64,000 bases of DNA from Rhizophagus irregularis (taxonomy: Eukaryota), in NCBI RefSeq assembly GCF_026210795.1, contig NC_089429.1:5890001-5954000 (forward strand), in the 5' to 3' direction. Positions 26,718-40,075 of this stretch are shown here, in pieces (within the stretch, counting starts at the first letter, position 1; every line of letters begins with the position of its first letter). The translations under genes and the position numbers were made by a program. The notes under the pieces were generated by a model, which searched no databases, was not told where the DNA came from, and worked only from the letters and a program-made list of their open reading frames with translations.

Positions 26718-29700
26718 ATCGTGACCGCAGCACATAAAAGGAAATTGGGTTAGCATTCTCGAAAAAAACGTTCATGGTTACATTAAATCTTGGATAGTTG
26801 ATCGGAAGAATTTGTTAATGGTTACATCGATTCTTTATGAAGAAAATTTTGGGAAAATTTGATGTCTTAACGGTTACATGTAAAGAAATTATATATGAGT
26901 ATCGTAACCGTAGGACATAAACGGAAATTTGGCCAACAAAATTTTCAAATTATTGGAATAATTGATCGGGAAAATCCTTAATGGGTATATTAGCTCTTTG
27001 TCCGCAGAACATTAATGGTAATTTCGAGCAATATTAACGGTTACAAGTAAAGAAGCTATATATGAATATCGTGATCGCAGGACATAAACGGATTTTCGGG
27101 ATAATTGATCAGGAGAAAAAATTTGTTAATGGTTACATAATCAGGGTTGAAGAATTATACTGTACGTACTATATTATGCTGTCCTAATACTTAAATAGAG
27201 TACATTTTTTATATGTTTAATATATTATATATTTATTTTAATAATTAGGATTGATAATAAATTATTAACTATTCTTTTAATCTTAATAGAAAAAATATTA
27301 TATTAAATATTTAACAGTGCAATATTAATGGGCAATGGAAAAATTGCGGTTACATGTAAGGTGATCGCAGGACATAAAAGGAAATTTAGATTCAGATTTG
27401 GGGATAATAAAAATTATTAATGGTTACACATTGATTTTTTATCTGCAGCGCATTGATAGAATTCAGGGGTAATCTGAAAAATTTGACAGAAATATCGTGA
27501 TCGCAGGACATAAACAGAAATTTAGATCAAAAAATTGATCGGAAAAATATTTGTCAACAGTTCTGTTGATTCTTTATCTGCAAAAGATCTTTATCTGCAG
27601 CACATTGGTGGAATCTAGGGTAATGATCTGAAAAATTTGACATGAATATCGTAGTCGCAATAAATAAATAGAACTTTAGGTCAATAATTGATCGGAAAAA
27701 ATTATTAATGGTTACATTGATTTTTTATCTGCAGCGCATTGATAGAATTCAGGGTAATCTGAAAAATTTGACAGAAATATCGTGATCGCAGGACATAAAC
27801 GGATTTTCGGGATAATTGATCAGGAGAAAAAATTTGTTAATGGTTACATAATCAGGGTTGAAGAATTATACTGTACGTACTATATTATGCTGTCCTAATA
27901 CTTAAATAGAGTACATTTTTTATATGTTTAATATATTATATATTTATTTTAATAATTAGGATTGATAATAAATTATTAACTATTCTTTTAATCTTAATAG
28001 AAAAAATATTATATTAAATATTTAACAGTGCAATATTAGTGCAATGTATACAGTAAATTGATGAATTTTGGGCAATGGAAAAATTGCGGTTACATGTAAG
28101 GTGATTGCAGGACATGAACAGAAATTTAGATCAAAAAACTGATCGGAAAAAAATTTTGTCAACAGTTCTGTTGATTCTTTATCTGCAAAAGATCTTTATC
28201 TGCAGCACATTGGTGGAATCTAGGTAATGATCTGAAAAATTTGGCATGAATATCGTGGTCGCAATAAATAAATAGAAATTTAGATCAATAATTGATCGGA
28301 AAAAATTGTTAATGATTACATTGATTTTTATCTGCAGCGCATTGACAGAATTTGTTACATTAATTCTCTATCTCGGAATTATTTTAAAAAAAAACTTTTA
28401 CAAGTTGTTGACCCAAATTTCCTTTTATGTAGTGCAGTCAGCGATATCACAGTCGTAATATTATAAAAAAAATTACTTTGTACTTTTTTCCCAAAGAATT
28501 CAATTGATATTTTTTTAAAGTTTGACTGTCCATATCTTATCAGTTACATATAAAAATACCACATCTCAGATCAGAGTTTTTAGATTTCTAATAAAAAAAA
28601 GTTAGAAAGAAAATGTCCTCTCCCAAACCTAGTAGAGAAGAAACAGGTATAAAAAAAAAATACCTCATATTAATTCATTAAATAACGTATGATAATATTC
28701 ATATAATTTCTTTCATATATAGATAATACGATATTGATCTCGCTAGACGATCTAATAAAAGAACAAACCCGATTGAACGATCTTCGCCAAACCAACATTA
28801 AAAAGAAACGGCAACGTCCGTCTCGTAACAACCGAACGAAGACCATGGGAGACTGGGCTCAGATGGTGAAAAAAGTATGATCATTTGATTCTTTAATATT
28901 TTGTGATAATTTGAAATATTTAACACTTTAAAATTATTTGTTAGAATTGATATTGCCATTATATGAAGTTATATCTCATTACAATACCGCACAATATTAC
29001 TATATTCACCTTCTTTTCAATTTATTTCAATAAAAAAATAAATCTTATGTAATTTTATAATTGTATATATCCGTAAAGCTCACCACTAGTGATTTTATCA
29101 TAATAATTGATCGTAATAATTTAAAATCATAAAAATCAAAATTTCATATAAACCAGAACACGAATTGCTAACAATTTTTTTCTGATCATTTGTCTTGTCT
29201 AAATGTGCTGCGATCACGATATTCTTAAAATGTAATGTCAATTTTTCAGAAAAGCTTTGTTAACCCAATTTCCGTTATGTCCAGCAGCCTATATAAATTT
29301 CTTTACATGTAATCGTCAAAACATTAATCAAGAGCTTTGTTAACCCAAATTTCTATAGTTACGATGTTGTTCATTATATAATTCATTAACAATTAATGTA
29401 ACTAACTATTAACGAATTTTTTTTCTGATCAATTATCCCAAAATTTGATGATCTAAATTTCCGCTTATATCTTGCGGTCACAATATTCATATAAATTCCT
29501 TTATATATAACCGTTAAAGAAGTCAACTCATCAGATCATTGCCTCAAAATTTCGTCAATGCATTGTAAGTAAAGAACCAATGTAGCCATTAAGAAAATTT
29601 CCCGATCAATTCAAATTTCCGTTTATGTCCCGCGGTCACAATATTCATACAAAATTTCTTTGCACGTCAATTTTAGATCATTTTACCAAAATGTACTGTG

Positions 29701-30123
29701 GACAAAGAACTAACGAATGTAACCATTGACATTTTTTTCTGATCGATTTTCCCAAAATTTAAGAAATTAGTAATCTAAATTTCCGTTTATGTTCTGCAGT
29801 CACGCACGATATTCATACAAAATTTCTTTGCATGTAACTGTTGTTAACACGTCAATTTTAGATCATTTTCCCCAAGATTTCCATTAATGTACTGTGATCC
29901 AAGAACTAATGTAACCATTGACATTTTTTTTTCTCGAAATTTCGTGAAATTCGTAATATAAATTTCCGTTTATGTCCTGCAGTCACGATTTCATACAAAA
30001 TTTCTTTACATGTAACCAGATCATTGCCCAAAATTTCCGTTAATGCACCACGGACAAGGAACTAATGTAACCGTTAAGAAATTTGTTAACCCAAAATTTC
30101 CGTTTATGTGCTGCGGTCACGAT
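26718..30123. repeat. Bipartite inverted array of ATATCGTGAYCGCAGGACATAAACGGAAATTT-type units
   Basis: Forward units at ~26718-28330 and reverse units at ~28410-30123. The outermost 21 bp (ATCGTGACCGCAGCACATAAA) are perfect inverted copies. Includes a 711 bp offset duplication (27070 versus 27781). Confidence 0.88.
28613..28880 (+). CDS. Tiny spliced basic protein at the centre of the inverted array
   Basis: MSSPKPSREET|DNTILISLDDLIKEQTRLNDLRQTNIKKKRQRPSRNNRTKTMGDWAQMVKK with an in-frame GT-AG intron at 28647-28722. Confidence 0.4.
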
Positions 30124-30252
30124 ACTATGATATCCAATTGAAAATATTATAAAAGCAGTTAATGAATTAAATACACAAACGCGCATGGACATTTTTTAAA
30201 TTTATGATTTTATTTCATTTTATTATTCCTTATTATAATTATTGTCATAGCC

Positions 30253-33200
30253 ATGTTACGAAATAAACCTCGAAAAGCGAATATTGCTGCAATACCTTTT
30301 CGTATCCGTAATAATTTTAGAAGGTTGCCCAACAGATTTTTATTATCGGATAATGATGACAATGAAAAAATGGTACAAAAAGATTTTGAAGATGATAATA
30401 TTAGTGGCGAAGAGTATAATGAATATGGCGACGGAGATGATGATTTAGAACAACGAAGTGATGATGATCATATAGAACAGCGAAGCGATAATGGTGATGA
30501 TTTAGAACAACGAAGCAATGATGATCATTTAGAACAACGAAGCGATAATGATCATTTAGAACAACGAAACGATAATGATGATGATTTAGAACAACAAGCA
30601 ATAATGAAGAAGGTGATACCAACATGATTTCAACATCATCAGAGAATGAAACAGAAAGCGATTATATAATGTCCTTAGAAAGTGATGAAGATTATGAAAC
30701 AATGTCGTCAGATAATGAAGAAAGACATGATTCTGATATCTCAGAAGAAAAGCTATTCGTTGATGAAGCATTGGCTAAAGATAAGTTACCATCTTTTGAT
30801 GGTGATTTTGCTCCATATTTTCAAAATTTAACTACTGCTGCCTTATTTTGTTGGATTTATAAACATAATATTTCAACAAATGCATATGAAGATCTTGTTG
30901 ACATTATCATGAGACCAGAATTTAATAGAGATCATATTGTAAAGAATATTCGGAGATTTCGATCATGGAGGGAGCGTCTTCCTCTTCCCTCAATATCAGC
31001 AAAATCTATCTCAATTTCATCAAAAAAAACACCATCAACTTTAAAGGATTCAAAGATGGCATATCAACTTTCAATAAGTGATATCATTTGGAATGTTCTT
31101 AACAACCCATCACTATTAAAGGAAATGTATTTTGGTGCTGGTGTCGATTCAAAAACAAAATCCGAGTACTGGCATGGTACCTTATGGGTAGAGTCACCTC
31201 TTTTCGGTCAAGAACAATTAATGATATCAGGGGGTAATTATTTATTAAATGCAAGCTGATGGTAGAGAGGTGAAGCAATAAAGTACAAGAGACTAACACT
31301 TTTTTCATATGTATATAATAGAGATATACCAATGCGGCGATTTTGTTTACTATTACGATAATGAGCGAAAACTTGGCAGATTGAGAGCGATATTATTAAA
31401 TGAAGAGAACCAACAGTATCGGCTGAGAATCCAAAAAGTTCTAGATTATAGTGACTTGCCTGGAAATTTTAAGGGAGAATTAAGACAAAATCGCTCTCTT
31501 TCCGGAGAAGTTTGGTTACAAGATGAACCATTCTTGACAATAACAACATCACAAATTTCCGAAAAGGTTGCTGCAGATACACTACGAATTACTGAAATAC
31601 TTTATAAACATCATACACACTGGCGCATTCGTGATGCAACGTTCTCTTATCAACATCCTTCAGAATATATTTCCATAAGGCAGCCACCATCTCCAACAAT
31701 TCCGGTTTATAAGCTGTTTTTGGACATATACTACGATGATTTTGGAACATTTAGGAATGTTTATCATTCGTTAGGAGGTGTTTATGTGCAGTTTGGAAAT
31801 ATGCCTGCCCGTCAAAGAAAGTTGCTCAAAAATCACTTTGTTCTCGGGTTTGTTCCTTTCGGTGGTAATTTCAATGAATTCATGTTGCCATTCATTTCTG
31901 AAATGAAAGAATTCGAACAAGGAAAATTAATGGAAGTGAATGGCCAAGATGCTTGGGTGATAGCCGGTTTAGGTGTCGTAACTGCTGATTTACCACAAGG
32001 GAATGACATGTGTGGTGTATTACGACATAATGCCAATAAAGGTTGCCGCACTTGTACAGCCTCTCGAGAATCACTTACCAACTTCTCTCAGGATGTACCA
32101 GCAACATCAAGATATCATCACATCACTGACGATCAATTTAAAGAGATATTTGATGAACCTGCTACCACAAGGCAAAGACGACTTTGTACTGAGTTCGGAC
32201 TAAGAACAAGGCCTAGCATTTTGGATAGGCTGCTAAGAGAAAGGCATCTACAGACACCTCAAGATGTATATCATGCAACTGCTGGGAAGATTGGACGACT
32301 TCTTAAATTAACGTATGATCTTAGAATTTAATTAACTTTAGCTAGATATGTAACGAACAAAATCTTTTAATAAAGCTTTTTGATTTCCACAGGTGCGAAT
32401 TATTTTCACAAAAAGGAGAGGACGAGTTTATCAAAGCCTGGAAGAACTTAGAGAAACCAAAAAAATGGTCTCGTTTGCCAAATCCAATTAGCCACAATGC
32501 TAGTTTCATGATGTCTGACTATCTTAGGCTCGCTATGATAATGCCTTTTATACTTAATAGTTTTTTAGAATCATCAAGCTTAAAGGAAAATGAATCCAGA
32601 AGCATTCTGCGACGAATTCAAGAATCACGCATTAACATGGCGAAAAATGTAATAATTGCTTGTTGGGTATATGTAGCAAAAACAATGAGGATAGTTTTTG
32701 AAAGCAAGTTTACATTAGATTCGTATGACGAATTACAAAAATGCCTTGAAGAAGAAATGAAAATTCTTCCAAAGGTACAATTATTCATAATTCTTATATA
32801 ATTTTTTATTTTTTATTTATCAATATATAAAATATTATTTAATAATGTGGCTTTAGGTTTTCCCTGAATTTGCTAACTTACCAAACCTGCATATCAATAT
32901 CCACTTGCTGGTGCATGCAAGGACTTATGGTACTCTTATAAACACTCAAGTTGGTATCAAAGAGATGGTGCATCGGATCTTTAAAGCAATGGTACTACGA
33001 ACAAATTGCAAGAATGTCGAGCTAGACTTGTTAAAGCGGTATACTACGCTCTTTGCAATTCGTCATTTAGTAGATGGAGGCGCAGATCAAAGATTATCAC
33101 AACCTTGTAGAGGTTTCGCTACTATGTCCTCAAATTTTAGAAATTTATTGACTAATTGGTATATTACTGAAGACAAGGTATCAAATGAACAAGAACTGGA

Positions 33201-33821
33201 AGGAAATGAAGAAGGTTTGTATTACAATTTTATAATAATAATATTTCCGCAATTATTAACGTATTTTTATTTTATATAGCGATTTCATCTCCAGTGGATT
33301 TTATTACAAATATTATCTTAAAGAGGAGCTTATCCCGTCAGGATCGCGAAAATATCATGAAAAATTTGCCAAATTTCAAATCTGAGCTGCTTCTTTCATT
33401 TATGGACATTGGACAAAAGTCAGCTCTTATATATTCTCAAATGAGCTGGTATGAATTGGCGACATACACTATGGAAGAAAGCGATGGCGTATTTTCCAAA
33501 GTACATCTTCATATTGGTGACGTCGTAACAATACACGAGGAAGACAGTGGTGAATGTTATGCGATTATAAAAGGGATCTTCAAATACAAAGGCAATGATG
33601 ATAAATATTATGCCTTTATTACTATTGATTGGTTTGACAATATTAACAGAATTCACAACGTATTGAAATGTCCTCTTTTTCGCATTCAGACAAGCCAAGA
33701 CATTCGCTGGAGAAGAATCTTCCCGATATCAATAATTGACCACGTACAGAAAGTTCACTTTGTCTATGATACGAAAATTGATTTGTGGATAAAAAATAAT
33801 TATTATTTTACGGCTATATAG
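30253..33821 (+). CDS. CMC/EnSpm-like (Plavaka-related) DDE transposase with a BAH-like C-terminal region
   Basis: Motifs LDIYYDDFGTFRN..LGGVY..GNMP, TADLPQGN, GCRTC, DVYH, LPNLH..H, GIKEMVH. Introns 31234-31321, 32313-32392, 32775-32856 and 33215-33279 splice in frame. One -1 frameshift near 30597 in the DDLEQRS repeat. Confidence 0.8.
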
Positions 33822-34469
33822 CTTTATTATGCAGTACAATGATTCTTTTCGGTATATTTATTTATGATAACGTGATTTATTAAATAAATAAAGATAACGA
33901 TATCGTTACGATATCGTTTGATATCGTATTCATGAATTTATTAGGCACGTGACTTTGCAATTTTTATCCAATCAAATCATTGTTTGTTAGACATGTTAAA
34001 CATTCGCACGATTATGTTTACGTCTACATCTCTCTATTCAATTTTTTTAAATTTTTTTTTAATACCGAAAAACATTTTGACAGTTTTTGTTATCAACAGT
34101 ATAATTTATTCAAAAAAATATATTCATATTAACAATTACAGTCAGACCACTGTATATGCGCGTCTATTTTTATTCCGGCGTACGACAGGTACATATTCTG
34201 CTCTCGCTGGGTTATGTTAAACTATCTTTGACATTTATATAACGCGTCAAAAATAATTACGCGTTCAGTTTTAATAGTTTTTACCTTTTTATAATAATTT
34301 TTTTTTCATATCAATACCCAAAGAAAAAGAATAAAGGGAAAGAAGAAGAAAAAAGAAAAAAACCATTGTGAAAAAACGAAAAAGAGAAAACAAAGGAACG
34401 AAAAGAAAGAGAGATTATCCTGAAATTTTTTCACAAAAGGTACTACTGTACTTGGGGATCATTCGAGGG

Positions 34470-34712
34470 TTTTTTTTTGGCCGCTGATGAAATGCACCAT
34501 TTTTAAGACCTCTATATGGTAGGCCGTATCATGGAGGCAGGGTATGCACATAGCGAAAGCGCCGTACTCCTATGTAATACTTGGGATCTTGTGGTATCAG
34601 AAGGTAGTGGTGATGTATCATTGGTCATAGGCAGTTGGGTACTAATGGCTGACGACCTAAGGGACACTCTAATGAGGTAGGCCCCGCCGGATGAGCTCAA
34701 CCCACTTATTGC
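34470..34712 (-). other. GC-rich ~240 bp island ending in poly(A) on the minus strand; possible SINE-like insert
   Basis: Sharp GC rise, T9 tract at 34470-34478, no credible ORF, no clear TSD. Confidence 0.3.
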
Positions 34713-35134
34713 ATTTTTTGATTCTTAAGGTTGAAAATCTTGGTCAAGTGTTCTGAGACCAATTTTTATTTTAAAAAAAAATTTCGTTTGATTTCTATAA
34801 ATGCAGTACTTTAATTTATGCATCTTTTTTAGGATTAACAACCAGCATTTGCAATGACTTTAATAAATCTTAAGAACTATCATTTAATTAGGTTGGTTTG
34901 TATCTTCAACTCCTGTATTTTCTCATGGACAACTATATGTTGCATGTTCAAGAATAACATCAAGAAAAAATTTAAATAATTAAATTTTTACTTTATTTCA
35001 AGTTTAGGTTTTAACCATTAACTGCTAATGTAGTTAACAGGTGAATCCTAGTAGTATTTAATATTTGTGACGAAATCCGATAATGTTGTGCGTAACTACT
35101 CCATTATGTTATAACGATATCGTCACGTTGGTTT

Positions 35135-35570
35135 ATATTAACCATCCGGGGAGAGAGAGATGTGTCTAATTTACCAGGTACGATCGTATCTTTAATTTCG
35201 CAGAAACTTGCACCATAATCCGTGTACTTATTAATTTAACAATTGTCACAAAGTTTCGATACAATATTAGTGTCATAACAGTTAACCATCTGGAGAGAGA
35301 GAGATGTCTAATTTACCAGGTACTTATCTTTAATTTCGCAGAAACTTGCGTTGTATGTAATACAGACTCTTGTCAATTCAGTATTTGGTATAATATTAGT
35401 GTCTTATGTTAACCGTCGGAGAGAGAAGTAATTTACCAGGTGCGTCGTAATCAGGAAACTTACATCAATTCAACATTTATAATATTATTGTCATACCGAT
35501 ATTGTCGCATTGTTTTATGTTACTAGAGAGGGATGCGCCTACATAATTTACCAAGTACGATTAAACTTCG
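35135..35570. repeat. Degenerate ~130-145 bp tandem repeat x 4
   Basis: TTAACC..GGAGAGAGA..TAATTTACCAGGT units near 35138, 35282, 35409 and 35520. Confidence 0.75.
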
Positions 35571-35851
35571 CAATACTTATCAATTCAACAATTGTGAATC
35601 AATAATGACGGAACGTGACTACTTCAAGCTGTAATAACAATGATATCGATACGTTGTTTTTATTTTTCATTTTGACCATCATAATTGCATATTAATAATA
35701 TATACGGCATTATCAATTAATAAAAATTATTGAATGTACTAGTACCTACGGTTCACAATTTTTTCATGACCCAAAATTCTTGTCAAATATCATCTTGATA
35801 CTGTGTAAATGTCGTCCTGATATCTTAATAATATTTTTAAATGAAATAATA

Positions 35852-36420
35852 TTTTTAAATGATATCGTAACAGTACGGTTTGATAATTATATCGATACAT
35901 TTTCAACATCATCGCAACATCTTCACGATAACATCACGATTTTTAAATGATATCGTAACAGTACGGTTTGATAATTATATCGATACATTTTCAACATCAT
36001 CGCAACATCTTCACGATAACATCACGATTTTTAAATGATATCGTAACAATACGGTTTGATAATTATATCGATACATTTTCAACATCATCGCAACATCTTC
36101 ACGATAACATCACGATTTTTAAATGATATCGTAACAATACGGTTTGATAATCATAACGATACATTTTCAACATCATCGTAACATTTTCACGACGACATCA
36201 TGATTTTTTTGAAGATATCGCGACGATATAGTTATGATAGTCTTAACGATACCTTTCCAACATCTTCGCGATATTAAATTACGAAATCAATATGATATCG
36301 TTCTGATATCAAAATGTTACCGATTTTAATATCGCGAAGATGTTGGAAAGGTATCGTTAAGACTATCATAACTATATCGTCACGATATCTTCAAAAAAAT
36401 CATGATGTCGTCGTGAAGAT
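35852..36420. repeat. Right subterminal array: 88 bp x ~4.5 followed by a ~90 bp-arm hairpin
   Basis: GATATCG recurs at 35861, 35949, 36037, 36125 and 36214. 36186-36278 is inverted at ~36326-36417. Confidence 0.92.
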
Positions 36421-36472
36421 GTTGAAAATGTATCATTAAAATATTGTGGCAAATTTGAAGATTTCAGCAAAG

Positions 36473-38409
36473 TACTTTACGTTTTAAACCTTACTCTCCA
36501 TCAAAATCTAAACCTATCACAGATTCTTTGGTTGATTTTGTTGCAACTGATTTGCAACCTTTTACCATTGTTGAAAATCCTGAATTCAAATTATTAATTA
36601 ATAAATTGAATCCCCACTATATTTTACCTTGCAGACAAACCTTAAAGGAAAAATTCATAGAAAATTATAAAATGAGAAAAAATGTGTTAATTAATGAAGT
36701 CTCACAAATTAACTCAAAAATCTCTCTTACTACTGATATTTGGACTTCAGAAATCTCAAAAGATTGTTATCTTGGAGTAACAATGCATTATATTAACAAC
36801 AATTGGGAATTAAAAAATCTCTTACTTGATTTAATTCCTGTAAATGGTTCTCATACAGCTGGGTTAATTACTAGCAAGCTTTTACAAATTCTTGAAGAGT
36901 TTAGTATCAGTAATAATATTCTTGCATTAACTACAGACAATGGAAGCAACATGATAGCATGTGGTAATCAACTAGCAACTGAATTAGATCAGGAGTTTAA
37001 TAATATGGCTTTTACTCATTACAGATGTGCTGCACATATTATAAATTTAGCAGTAAAAGCAGGAATGAGTCATGTTGGAAATGAAATCAAAAAACTTCGT
37101 CAATTTGTTGTTAAAATCAAGAATTCACCATTATTTTTGGATAAATTATCAGAAATTTGTACCCTTAAAAAAGTTAAATTTCTTAAACCAATTTTAGATA
37201 TAGACATTCGCTGGAATTCCACATATTTTATGATTAATAGACAAATCTTAATGCAGGGTGTTTCAGAATTACTTGCAACAACAAATGTTGAAGAACTTGG
37301 AGATTTATTTCCAACAATATCTGAATGGCGATATATTAAGGTATTTTTTATTTTATAAATTATTATTTATTTTATTTTATAATTATATATTTATTAATTA
37401 TTATTTTTTTTTTACAGGAATTAGCAAAGGTATTAGAACCTATGTATGAAGCAACCAATTTATTATCATCATCAAAAAATCCTACACAAGGTGATATAAG
37501 ATTGGTTTTTAATGGAATGTTTAAAAAATTGGATCATTATCAAAGAGGAAATCACCATACACAAAAGGCAATAGCATCAGCAATTTGTAATAAATTGAAA
37601 GCCTATTGGGACAAATATTTGAATCAATCTTCCATTACTTCTTCAATATTAGATCCACGCTACAAAACCACATTATTTAGTCATAATGATATAACTGAAA
37701 TTATTAGTAAATTACAAGAATTATATTTGTCATATTTACCCTTAAATAATCAAACCATACCATCAGCACCAGCATGATCATCTCGTGATTATTTTCTTAA
37801 TTTACTTAATCCAAATAATATTCGTCAAGAAGTATCGCATGATGAATTAGATCGATACTTAAATTCTCCAGTAGATAGTAATACAGGTTCTTTAATTTGG
37901 TGGAAAACTTATGAAAAGGATTACCCAGTACTATCTCAAATAGCTAAGGATTATTTAACAATCCAAGCAACGTCGGTTTCATCAGAAAGGGCATTTTCAA
38001 TTTCGGGATTAACTATTTCAAAAACTAGAAATAGGTTAGATCCTGAAACGGCAAGGGCAATTATATGCATGAAAAATTGGATATCAGAAAAAGAAAGAAT
38101 GGAAAATTGAATCAATACTTGCAATATGTCTTTTTTTTTTCCTTTTTTTTTACATTATGTGAAATTTTGTTGGTAATTTTTTTTCTTATAATAAAAAATT
38201 TTTTGACGATATACGATATATTTAAATTCATGATCTGCATTACACAATTTTGTATAAAATACTATAAATATCCGGTCTAAACTTCGGTCTAAACTTCAGT
38301 CCAAACTTCGGTTCAAACTCTGGTTCTAAACCTATAACGGTTCGGTTTTGTACTCAAACCACCAGTTTTTGGACCGAAAACCAGATGGACCGAACCGTTA
38401 ACATCCCTA
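36473..38409 (+). mobile_element. 5'-truncated copy of the hAT element (lacks the BED finger and one TIR)
   Basis: Begins mid-gene. Intron at 37341-37417, same premature TGA at 37775, true stop at 38108-38110, TIR ends at 38409. Confidence 0.93.
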
Positions 38410-39046
38410 CGTTTAAATATAATCTCGTGTTACGCCTGTTCAAAATCCGGTTTATTTATTTTTGATTGGACTGATAAGTGACACGAAAAGTTTTTTTGTA
38501 ATTAAGATGTGTAATTATGACGTATAGTGCAATATAATTGGGTTTGTGAAACTTGAGTATGACTAAAAAAAAAATATTTGATTTCACATGATGATTAACA
38601 TTAACTGACCAATAAAATCTATCGAATTTTGCATTCGAATTACAATAAGAATGTGGGTTTCGTAAGATTTAGTAAACAAAGAAAAATGGGTAAGTAAATT
38701 TGCTTGCTATTCCTTTGTCACAAAGGCTGAATTAAAATATTCCTTTCGTCATGAAAGGCTAAATCCTTGGTTAAAATAATCGATATTCCTTTTGTCACGA
38801 AAGGCTAAAATAAGATTCCTTTTGTCACGAAAGGCTAAAATAAGATTCCTTTCGTCCCGAAAGGCTAAAATATGTTTCCTTTCATCTTTAACATTCCCAT
38901 TCCTTTGTTAAAATATGATATTTAATATTCCTTTATTGAAATCAAATATATTATATGAAAAAGTATATATCAAGAATGAATCATTTTTCTTTTTTTTAAT
39001 ATAAAGTATTAATTTATTATTTTTAATTTTATTTAATAATAATATA

Positions 39047-40075
39047 GGTAAGAAAAGACATGAATGTTGTCGTGATCATAAATTATCAGTTTTCTTCGGT
39101 GGTAAGAACACGAAAGAGTTAAAAGGGATAAAATCGAAAGACGTTAAGGGATGGTTAAAGAATAGATTTTCTTACAATTTTGTACATATCAGAAAGGATC
39201 CTGATTGGGGGTAATGAAATAAAATAATTAATATATACAATTTTTAATTAATAATTTAATTAAATGAACATTTGTTATATTTAGGCATGGATTTGTGCAC
39301 TTCGAAAATGATGATGATAAAACTAGATTTTACAATTATGTGAGAAACAAAAAATTTATCGGACCTCTAAGTAAAACAATCATGTTCGCAGAAGCACGTC
39401 CAAAAGGAGGAGATGATGATGATTATGATGATGATGATGATGATGATGACGACGATGATGATGGACGATCTGTAAGCACTATTATTACATTAATGAAATA
39501 TAAATTAATGAAGGAATTATTACTTATTAAAATTTTTTATAAAAAATTAGAATACACAAAACCAATCACTACAATCCCCGGTACAGCCGCCCCTATCACA
39601 ACCATCACCACAATCATCACCGTTACAACTCCCACCACCACAATCACCACAATCATCACCGGTACAACTCCCACCACCACAATCACCACAACCATCACAA
39701 TCACAATTACCAGCTTACAATATTTTTGAAGTCGAAATTAATATCACAATTACCAGCTTACAATATTTTTGAAGTCGAAATTAATAGGTATTAATATTAG
39801 TTTATTTATATTAATATTAATTGTTTTTATTAATATTTTATTTACTTTTTTTTTGGTAAAGCTGTTTAATTGTAGATATTTTTATTTTTAATGTGAAAAA
39901 TCTCTCTGTTGATGTAAATATTAATAATACGAAACTCATATTTGTCAAATTTGAGTACGATTTGCCAAAAGATCCTGAGGGATCCAATTGCCTATTAAGA
40001 GAAGCAGTTTTTCCGGACAAGGAAGTTATTCTAAATCTGGAATTACCCAAAAGGCAAGTTTATATATTAAATTAG
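39047..40075 (+). CDS. Second copy of the RRM-like gene
   Basis: Mirror of 14040-15070. Confidence 0.55.

Larger units (their letters stand above)
10251..36474 (+). mobile_element. Candidate giant (~26 kb) cargo-carrying CMC/EnSpm-like DNA transposon
   Basis: Left end TACTTTACAGAAACCTTGAAAATTTG versus reverse-complemented right end TACTTTGCTGAAATCTTCAAATTTG. GATATC-rich subterminal tandem arrays lie at both ends, with an internal transposase at 30253-33821. Both ends coincide with abrupt truncation of other genes. Confidence 0.65.

Noticed and set aside
34485..34670. Hammerhead ribozyme cores (CTGATGA at ~34485, CTGACGA at ~34649)
   Set aside because: No convincing stem II followed by GAAA and stem III could be built.
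35852..36275. CRISPR-like array
   Set aside because: The units are full-length tandem copies without unique spacers, there are no cas genes, and the context is eukaryotic.
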